A stretch of DNA of 32,000 nucleotides from positions 1,163,678 through 1,195,677 of the forward strand of contig CP091726.1 of NCBI GenBank assembly GCA_022009835.1, written 5' to 3'. The notes below the pieces were generated by a model. It saw only the letters and a program-made list of their open reading frames with translations, made no database searches and had not been told where the DNA came from. The DNA is from Bacilli bacterium. Its GTDB lineage: Bacteria; Bacillota_I; Bacilli_A; RF39; UBA660. The stretch's first letter is position 1, and the number at the start of each line of letters is the position of its first letter. Shown here in pieces: positions 10,473 through 19,705 of the stretch. Position numbers and translations under genes: made by a program.

Positions 10473-11980
10473 TGATTTTAATTTTACAATTATATACCCT
10501 TTCAAATTGCTTTTCATCTATATAAATAACCTTGCCACCATTTGGATAAATTTTTCTATTTCCAAATACTATCCATATTGCATTGAGTGGCATACTTGGC
10601 ATTTCAGCGTATCCATCAGTAAATATTATTTTATTTTCTACTCTCTTTGTAAAAGCATTAACAGCTACGTTAAAGTCTGTTCCTCCATAACCTTCAAACT
10701 TCATCTCTTCTATATCCTTCTCAGTTCTAATATCATGAAAGCCATAAAATTCATCATCAAAACATCCTACTTTTACTCTTGAGTGTTTTAATATATTTTT
10801 ACATTCTCTTAAAAAGTTCTTTAACAATACTTCATTTATAGAGCCACTTGTATCAAGTACAATTTCAGTTTCAGGCATTGGCTGTTCCTCTAAATTAGCA
10901 ACTACAACACCATCTTCTAATGTAGCATTTTTATAAGACCAATCAACATCATACTTAATTGCCTCTCTTAAAACATAACGCCAATCAATTAATGGTTTAG
11001 CAGTACCTATATCATTAACTGTTCTAATATCTCTATTCGTTGATGTACCTGCTTGTGATGCTTGTTTTGAAATTGCCTCTTTTAATTCTTCTAGCTGTTT
11101 TTTCTTATCTTCAAGGTTCTTTTTAAAAGCATCTTTTTCTCCCATACTTTCAAGTTCTCCCTGTTTCTTTTCAAGTTCAGTTTTCTCTTTATCTTTTTTA
11201 TCAGTTTTTTCTTGTTGTTCTTTATGTTTTTTTACTGCTTGTTCCCACATACTGTGAGTATCATGCCCAACATCTTGTTTTGATTTATCTTCTTTTTGTG
11301 AATCTTCACCAGATTCACCACCACTCTGTTCTTGTGATTGTTTTTTTTGTTCTTGTGAACTTCCACTACCTGAATTACCTTGCTGTGGTGATTGAGATTG
11401 TTGTTGATTATCACCACTTTGTCCTCCATCACTACTTTGCTGTTTACTTTCTTGATTTTGTGTTTCTCCATTATCTTGTTGTGATTGAGGTTGTTGTTGA
11501 TTATTTCCACCTTGACTACCACCACTACTTTGTTGCTGATTACCTTGTTGATTTTGTTGACTATTACCTTGTCCACTTTGTTGTTTTTTTCTTGTAATAA
11601 TTTTTCATATAATTGTTCAGCATCATAATTAATAGCTTCTGCCATATCAACAACACCTGGTGCCATTTTTAAACCATCTCGTTTTAAAAATTGATTAATA
11701 ACACCATCAGTAGCAATATTCCATAATTCAGGATTCTTACCTTCACTTCTTAATATATGATTGAATGCAATATGACATACTTCATGGGCAAATATAAAGG
11801 TTTGTTCCTCAACACTCAATCCCTCTAAATATTCCGGATTATAATATATTGTTTCTCCATCTGTACCTGCCGTTGGTATATCTTTATTTTCTTTATAACC
11901 TACACTTGCTACTACACTCCCAAAAAAAAGGGATATTTAACAAGCATTTTTCTTTTTAATGCCGCAATATCATATTTCAT
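10453..11980 (-). CDS. HExxH metallopeptidase / vWA-like fusion protein (DUF2201-type); cassette gene E
   Basis: ATG at 11980..11978 follows GAGGTG.
- N-terminus: 'PTAGTDGETIYYNPEY...FIFAHEVCHIAFNH...WNIATDGVINQFL' (HExxH)
- Linker: a long Q/G/S/N-rich stretch
- 'DTHSMW' motif
- vWA domain with the MIDAS motif 'VLDTSGS'

Frame changes are needed at the A8 run 11922..11929 and the T7 run 11584..11590. Confidence 0.8.
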
Positions 11981-11990
11981 AATTTACACC

Positions 11991-12389
11991 TCAAATTCGT
12001 GCAACTAATGAGAATACTTCTTCGCTTATCTTATCTTTATTTATTTCATTTGCAGTAACAAGTATTACACAATTTTTTTTAGGTAATTCAAATGTAGATA
12101 TTTTTCCTATGTTCTAATAATTCGCAAAAACTTTAATTGCTCCTCTTTAGAAATCGAATCAATTTTATCAATTACTAATATTCTACTGGCGTTTGTACTT
12201 AATATTTCATTAAGCCATTTAGGAGGCATAAAATCTGTCCCATCATAATGACCATTTAATTCCTTAACATCAATGTTAGCAGGTAATACAACTGCTCCAT
12301 TTAAGTCTTTACCAGATATAAAATCAACTAATACAGGTGCAACATTTGCTTTAATATATGATAATAATATTTCTTTCTTGTTTTTCCAT
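11991..12389 (-). CDS. small Walker-A-less AAA-like protein (~132 aa); cassette gene D
   Basis: ATG at 12389..12387 overlaps the gene C stop (TAATG). After correcting three +1 breaks in 5-nt homopolymers the product reads 'MENKKEILLSYIKANVAPVLV...MPPKWLNEILSTNASRILVIDKIDSISKEEQLKFCELLEHRKISTFELPKNCVILVTAN...'. This aligns with the Walker-B-to-sensor-1 half of genes A-C but lacks a P-loop. Confidence 0.5.
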
Positions 12390-14313
12390 TATCTTCTTAT
12401 ACCTCCTCCAGGCATTTCAGCAAGTTTTGCTTCTGCAAGTCTTTCTAACTTACTTTCATCGCCATGTGTCCATAAAGCATCAAAAATTGCTCCAAACTCT
12501 GCTCCTAAACCTGCAACAAAGCCTCTTACTTTTTCTAGGTTAGTGTCATCTACTTGTGATAATCCAATAGTTGTTGCATATCTTTCAGCAGTATTTAATG
12601 CCTGTATATCTCTATCGGTATAATTCCCATTTATTACATCATCTAATGTTATAACTTGTTGATTACAGAACTCAACAAATTCTCTTGTTATATCTTCACC
12701 TACTAATGCCCTTAACATTTCTGGACTTCCTGTTGCATAAAGCATTTTAGAAGCCATTTCCCACTTTCTAGGATCAGCATTAGGTTTCTCACCATCATAC
12801 TTACTACGGAGTGTTTCACCCTTCTTATAAGCAATATAAGAATAAATTGCTGGATGTATATTATGTTCACTTGCCCACTTTAACCAACTTTCAGTAGTTG
12901 TTTTAATATAAACATGAGCAAATCTATTAAATAATGGTTCTGCCAATTGATTTGCAGCTAGACTATCTTTCATATCATTTCCTGCTGCTACAATTCTAGC
13001 ATTTTCTGGTAATTTCCAAATACCATTTACTTCTCTATCTAAAACTATATTAAACGCTATACCTTGAATACTTGGTAGTGCATTTGTTATTTCATCAAAG
13101 AATACTACATGAAGTCTATCTGGTTCCTTTTCACATTTTTCTTGTAATTTCTTAAGCCATGTTGGTGGAACATCCATCATTTCTCCTGTTGATCCATTAT
13201 ATACACTTTTACCATTTAAACTTTCTGGTGTCGCATTACGAAGATATATTATTTCGCAAGTAGGATCTATTTGTTTTACTCTTGCAGACTTACCTTCTGA
13301 TGAAGGTCCATGTAAGAATACTGCAACACCGCTTTCTATTGCTCCTTTAATAATTTCTTCTTCACTAACTTGTCCAAATTTCAAACCATAAGGATTTCTT
13401 CTTTTTTCAACTTGTTTTCTTTTTTCTTCAAACCTTTCTTTTTCTTCTGGAGTCATATCTTGAACACGAGTAAATGTTGCTGTCTGAGTTAAATCATGTA
13501 TCATATATCTATCAAGATATTCCTTCATTTCTGTTCTACTAAAATCACCTTTATAATTAGTTCTTTTATCAAGAAATCTTATTCCAGAAACTAATCCCAT
13601 TTTTGAAATTAATATTCTTGCTCTATCATCAATTAACCATTTTACTGGTGATACTTCTACCCAAACATAATCACCATTTCTATATTCAACTCCATTTGAA
13701 AGTTTAAATTTACCTCCTTCAAAATCAGAGTTTGCTCTTATACGAATATATTTCTTTCCTTGATATTCATATTCTTCATAAGCTACTGGTTTAAACCCAG
13801 TATCATAATCATCGTACTTTACTGAATCAAAAGTATAACTTCTTCCTGTTTTATTCATGCCTCTATTATATTCCGATTCTAATATACTTTGCATTCTTGA
13901 ATCAGCAGCATATTGAGGATATTCTCCATACTCTACTTCTTCTGTTCCATTGTATCCCCTCACTCTGTTCGGGGAGATTTGGAAAAGATTACAGAAGATT
14001 GCAAAGCTGGGCGAACAGCACCATTACGTAAATACCTATATCTGAGGAACCTATTACCATTCAAATTGACCCCGCAGACATCATTATCGTCATCATCAGA
14101 TCTAGTCCAAAACCAACCAGTTCTTCCTTTTAACGAACTATCTTCATCAATATTAAAATCTGTATCTTCGATTAAATAACTACCTGTTAATACGCATAAA
14201 TCTGTAATTGCAGCTTTTGTTCCATATTTTTTTATTACTTCTAATTGAGGTTCACTACTGTTTCCCCAAATTTGTCCTTCAGAAAGTAATGTTAATTCTA
14301 CATCTTTATTCAT
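12389..14313 (-). CDS. DUF6273-like x2 / MoxR(AAA_5)-type ATPase fusion; paralog C (ORFs 13960..14313 and 12389..13963)
   Basis: Walker A 'GPSSEGKS', Walker B 'VVFFDEI', sensor-1 'IVAAGN' and 'PLFNRFAHVYI'. The N-terminal ORF joins the 524-aa ORF through a single 1-nt indel near 13960..13975. Compare the uninterrupted paralog B: 'IFSKIFSNKMREFNGAEEVEYGEYPQ'. Confidence 0.8.
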
Positions 14314-16212
14314 TTTTTCACCTTAACCTTTCCCTTAGTTAATTTTGCCTCAGCAATTAATTCAAGTCTTCTCTCATCACCATGACACCATTGCAAGTCA
14401 AATAAAGAGCAATACTCTTCCCCTAATTCAGATAAAATAAAACTTCTTACCTTTACTAAATTATCTTCATCTACTTGTATTAATCCTATAGTTGTTGCAT
14501 ATTTTTCAGCTGTATTTAATGCTTGTATATCAATTTCTGTATAATTATCATCTAAAACATCTTCGAGTGTAATTACTTTTTGATTACAAAATGCTACAAA
14601 CTCTTTTGTTATATCTTCTCCTACTAGACTTCTAAGCATTTTTGGATTACCTGCCTTATAAAGCATCTTCGAAGCCATTTCCCATTTTCTTGGATCAGCA
14701 TTTGGTTTTTCTCCATTATATTCACTTCTTAAGGCTTTTTCTCCTTTAAATGCAATGTAAGCATATATTGCTGGATGAATATTATTTTCGCTTGCCCATT
14801 TTAGCCAAGACGATGTTGTTGTTTTTATATATACATGAGCAAATCTATTAAATAAAGGCTCTGCTAGTTGATTAGCTGCCAAACTATCTTTCATATCATT
14901 ACCTGCTGCTACTATTCTAGCATTATCTGGTAATTTCCATATACCATTTACTTCTCTATCTAATACTATATTAAAGGCTATACCCTGAATACTTGGTAGT
15001 GCATTTGTTATTTCATCAAAGAATACTACATGAAGTCTATCTGGTTCCTTTTCACATTTTTCTTCTATCTTTTTAAGCCAAGAAGGTTTAATATCTATCA
15101 TTTTTCCTGTTGATCCATTATATACACTTTTACCATTTAAACTTTCAGGTGTTGCATTTCTTAAATATATTATTTCACAATCGTGGTCTATTTGTTTAAC
15201 TCTAGCAGATTTACCTTCTGATGAAGGGCCATGCAAGAATACTGCAACACCACTTTCTATTGCTGCCTTAATTATATCTTCCTCACTTACTCGTTCAAAC
15301 TTCAATTCATAAGGATTTATTTTTTTCTTTACTTGTTTTTGCTCTTCAGTAGTATCTTGTATTTGAGTTAAACTTATATTTTTGAAATAAATCTTTTTAC
15401 CATATATTTATTTAAAAAAACATATACATCTCTGTTTTATTAAAATTACCTTTATAATTAATTTTTTTCTATCAAGAAATCTTATTCCTGAAACCAATGC
15501 TTTTTTTCGAAAATTAATGTTTTTTTGTTTTATCATCAATTAGCCATTTAACTGGTGATACTTCTACCCAAACATAATCATCATCTTTATATCTAACACC
15601 ATTTGAAAGTTTAAAACTATAACCATTAAAATTAGAGTTAGCTTTTTTGCGAATATATTCCTTTCCTTGATATTCGTATTCTTCATAGGTTACAGGTTTA
15701 AATTTTGTATCGTAATCATCACATTTTACAGAATCAAATGTGTAACTTCTTCCTGTCTTATTCATTCCCATATTATATTCTGACTCTAGTATATTTTGCA
15801 TTCTTAAGTCAACAGCATTTTGAGGATATTCTCCATACTCTACTTCTTCTGCTCCATTAAATTCCCTCATTTTATTCGAAAAGATTTTAGAAAAGATTTC
15901 AGAAGATTGCAAAATTGGGCGAGCAGCAAAACAACGTAAATATCTATATTGGTTATCCATATGCCCAGTAACATCAACAAGGTAAGCATCGTTATCGCCA
16001 TCATCAGTTCTAGTCCAAAAAGAACTAGTTCTACCAGTTAAAGATCTATCTTCTTTTACATTATAATCAATTGTTTCATATACATAACTACCTGTTAAAA
16101 CACATAAGTCTGTAATTGCCGCTTTTGTTCCATATTTTTTTAGCACTTCTAAAGATTTCTCACCCCAAATGTTTTCTTCAGAAAGTAGTGTTAATTTTAC
16201 ATCATTATTCAT
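14310..16212 (-). CDS. DUF6273-like x2 / MoxR(AAA_5)-type ATPase fusion; paralog B, with a disrupted interdomain linker
   Basis: ORF 15514..16212 is the N-terminal module and ORF 14310..15305 is the ATPase. The intervening 15306..15513 is homologous to the linker of paralog C but carries several frame breaks. ATGA overlaps occur at both ends. Confidence 0.65.
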
Positions 16213-18105
16213 TTTATCACCTTAACTTTTCCCCTAGTTAATTTTGCTTCAGCAATTAATTCAAGTCTTCTTTCATCACCATGACACCATTGTAAGTCAA
16301 ATAAAGTGCAATACTCTTCCCCAAGTACAGACATAATAAAATCTCTTACCTTTATTAAATTATCTTCATCTACTTGTGTTAATCCTATAATTATCGCATA
16401 TTTTTTTGGCTGTATTTAATGAATGCATATCATCAATCGTATAATTATCATCTAAAACATCTTCGAGTGTAATTACTTTTTGATTACAAAATACTGCAAA
16501 CTCTTTTGTTATATCTTCTCCTACTAGACTTCTAAGCATTTCTGGATTACCCGCCTTATAAAGCATTTTTGATGCCATTTCCCATTTTCTCGGATCAGCA
16601 TTTGGTTTTTCTCCATTATATTCACTTCTTAAGGCTTTTTCTCCTTTAAATGCGATGTAAGCATAAATTGCTGGATGAATATTATTTTCGCTTGCCCATT
16701 TTAGCCAATTTTCAGTTGTTGTTTTTATGTAGACATGAGCAAATCTATTAAATAAAGGCTCGGCTAGTTGATTTGCAGCTAACGAATCTTTCATATCATT
16801 ACCTGCTGCTACTATTCTAGCATTATCTGGTAATTTCCATATACCATTTACTTCTCTATCTAATACTATATTAAAGGCTATACCCTGAATACTTGGTAAA
16901 GCATTTGTTATCTCATCAAAGAATACTATGTGTAGTTTATCTGGCTCACTTGTACATTTTTCTTCTATCTTTTTAAGCCAAGAAGGTTTAATATCTATCA
17001 TTTCACCTGTACTTTGATTATAGACACTTTTACCATTTAAACTTTCAGGTGTTGCATTTCTTAAATATATTATTTCACAATTAGGATCTATTTGCTTAAC
17101 TCTAGCAGATTTACCTTCACTAGATGGTCCATGTAAGAATACAGCAACACCACTTTCTATTGCACCTTTAATAATATCCTCTTCACTTACTTCAGTAAAA
17201 TCTAAATTATAAGGATTTTTCTTCAAAGTAGGTCGCTTAACTCTTGTTTCTTTAACTTCTTCTTTTACTTCTTCCACTTTAATAGTTAAAGGTATTTTTA
17301 AATCTGAAATAATATCTGGTAAAAAATAGTTCTTCATAAACATCTTAATATCAGTTTCTTCAAAACTTTCAATACTAGTATCATAATGTGCAAATTGTAT
17401 ACCTGAAAATAATATTCTCTCTGAAATAGCAACATCTGCTTTAACATCTACTAACCAAGTTATTGGCTCAACTTTTATCCAGTATCCAGTTTTAGCCAAC
17501 ACTGTAGAAGAATTGGATAATGTACTGCCTACTGTTCCAACATCTCCTACAACTCTAACATATCTATTTCCATTATATTCATATACATAGTGCTCCTTTG
17601 CTTTAAAGAAACTATCTTCATCTTCTGTAGAAATAGAATCTGTTGTATATTTACCTACAATTTTTAATTTTCCTTTAGAAAATTCATTTTCTAATATGCT
17701 AGATATAACATTAGATGCTGCCATTTGGGGATACATTCCAAAATTAACAGAAATAACTCCATTTTCTAATGAATGATCATTTTCAGTAAATGATTTTATA
17801 CTTAAATATGGTAAAACTACTCTAGAGCCATAAAATCTAAGCCAAGAGTAATCATCATAAGTCGCATCATAGCCATTTATAATTTTAATACGGTGAGTAT
17901 TAATTTCTGTAATTGTTTTAGTCCAATAATACCCTTTATTATATGAAAAAGTAGTAGAATCATCAAAAGGAAGTTCTGTAATTCCACCTAATAAAATAGC
18001 AAAATCACTTATTTCTGCATGTATATGATCAAATTCAAATATCTTCAATCTATTTTCTCCATATATTTGTTCCTCAGTTAAAAAAGTTATATCATCTTTA
18101 TTCAT
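16209..18105 (-). CDS. DUF6273-like x2 / MoxR(AAA_5)-type ATPase fusion; paralog A, with a divergent N-terminal module
   Basis: Start ATG at 18105..18103 follows GGGGGAAG, giving 'MNKDDITFLTEEQIYG' in parallel with B and C. The 597-aa ORF ends early at the T7 run 16401..16407. One nucleotide fewer restores a C-terminus collinear with paralog B ('...GEEYCTLFDLQWCHGDERRLELIAEAKL'), stopping at 16209..16211. Confidence 0.8.
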
Positions 18106-18130
18106 ACATCTTCCCCCACAAGTATCGACT

Positions 18131-18159
18131 ATTATAGCACAATAGATTTTTTTTTGCAA
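18131..18159 (-). promoter_or_regulatory. sigmaA-type promoter of the AAA-vWA operon
   Basis: On the minus strand: TTGCAA, a 17-nt spacer, then TATAAT with the extended -10 (TGcTATAAT). It sits ~25 nt upstream of the gene A RBS. Confidence 0.55.
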
Positions 18160-18203
18160 TCAAATTACAAACATATATAAACCATCACTATAAAATAAGT
18201 ATA

Positions 18204-18494
18204 AAATATAAATAAAATAACATAAAAGCACCATAATAATAAAGAGGTGTATATATAAATGAATAATAAAATAATAAATAAACTAAAAAGAAGAAACTAA
18301 TAATAGTAGTTATATAATATATAGAGAAAAATATATATAAAAAAATAAAAGTAGATATAATATATAACGAAGCATTAACAGATCAAGATAAAATGTCTAA
18401 TTATATATATAGAAGTTTAGACTATATAGATAGCATATATAAAGGAAAAGATTCATTATATGATATCATAAAAAATAACATAAGTAATATCAAA
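18204..18494 (+). repeat. Direct repeat, right copy: functional 5' region of gerA
   Basis: Near-identical to 10111..10403. It is continuous with the gerA body downstream. Confidence 0.85.
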
Positions 18495-19678
18495 AATTAA
18501 AAGAAATAAAAAAACTATGAAGATATCTGTAAATATCTAAATAATGGATTTGTAATACTTCTAATTGAAGATGATTATTCACTAGCCCTAGAAGTAAAAA
18601 AGAATCTAACAAGAAGTATTGAAAAACCAATGACCGAAACAACCATCAGAGGAGCTATGGATTCTTTTACTGAGAATATTGAAACCAATATAGGATTAAT
18701 AAAAAGAAGATTAAAAAAACTAATAAATTATGGAATAAAGATATCGAATTAGGTAGATATACCAAAAAAATTAAAATAAGTATACTAACTATTGATGGCA
18801 TAACAAATAATGATATTAAAAGATAATATTATAAACAAATTAAATAATATAGAAATAGATAGTATTACTGATTCCGGTACATTAAAACATCTAATTGAAA
18901 AAGAAACAAAAACAATCTTTCCTACTACCATTACTACTGAAAGACCAGATAAAGTAGTATCTGCTCTATTAAATGGTAAAACCGTCATACTAGTAGATAA
19001 TTGTCCCTTTGTTTTAATCATGCCCGTTGATATAAATGATTTTTTTCTATCCCAAGATGATAAAGATGCCAATTATATCAATAATTCACTAACTAGAGTA
19101 TTAAGATATTTAGCCTTCTTTATAACCATATTAACTCCTGGTGTCTATATTGCCTTAACAACCTTCAACCAAGAAATGATACCTTTAGAACTCCTTACTA
19201 GTTTTGCTTCCCAAAGAAGTACCGTTCCCTTTCCAGCTTTCTTTGAAGCCCTTCTAATGTTTATATCATTTGAAATACTAAGAGAAAGCGATTATCGTAT
19301 TCCAAATGTTTCTAATTCTGCCCTTTCTATAGTAGGAGCCCTAATATTAGGTGAAGCCGCTGTTAACGCTGGTATTGTCTCACCCATTATGATTATCATA
19401 GTAGCCATTACCGCTATTAGTGCTCTAGTAATAGTAGAACCAGAACTAACCGCAGCCATTAAATGGTATCGTATTTTATTTATGCTAGGTGGGACAACTA
19501 TTGGTATTTTTGGTATCTTTATCATTTTTATATATTTTTTTATTACCAATCTATGTAGTATAAAAATCCTTTAATAAATCATATATGATGCCTTTTACAC
19601 CAATATCCGAAGAAATAAAAAAATAGTATCATTAAATTCCCATTAACTAAAAAGAAACAAAAAGAAATAAATACCTAA
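18259..19678 (+). CDS. spore germination protein, GerA (GerAA/GerKA) family, frameshifted
   Basis: 'NGFVILLIEDDYSLALEVKK...RSIEKPMTETTIRGAMDSFTENIETNIGLIKRRLK' plus ORF 18810..19574 ('TTERPDKVVSALLNGKTVILVDNCPFVLIMPV...IPLELLTSFASQRSTVPFPAFFEALLM'). Multiple breaks occur at A/T runs. Confidence 0.8.
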
Positions 19679-19705
19679 CAAACAATATTATAAGGGAGGT
19701 AACTA

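Noticed and set aside
11232-11819. ORF-track entries 11232..11819 (-) with the 'VVVVVKVEIINNNLNHN' tail, and 11280..11597 (+), 105 aa.
   Set aside because: Both lie in the low-complexity linker of gene E, where several frames are open. Only the Q/G/S-rich frame connects the HExxH domain to the 'DTHSMW' motif and the vWA ORF. The minus-strand entry is correct only in its first ~75 codons.
10507-14179. Plus-strand ORFs 10507..10782, 12273..12623, 12358..12543 and 13913..14179.
   Set aside because: They are antisense shadows of strongly supported minus-strand genes (vWA and AAA paralog C). They have no RBS or family signal, and their composition is a mirror of the sense codons.
18106-18159. The 18-codon N-terminal extension of gene A (MQKKIYCAIIVDTCGGRC) given by the ORF track.
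   Set aside because: The extension overlaps the predicted promoter. A strong RBS (GGGGGAAG) precedes the internal ATG at 18105. Paralogs B and C start at the equivalent 'MNKD/MNND' position.
10111-18494. A skin-like, sporulation-specific intervening element that splits a sporulation gene.
   Set aside because: gerA is not interrupted, because the right-hand repeat supplies a complete 5' end. No recombinase is present in or near the insert. The repeats are far longer than typical att cores.
18785-19549. Minus-strand ORFs 18785..19072 and 19292..19549.
   Set aside because: They are antisense to the well-conserved GerA-family coding frame.
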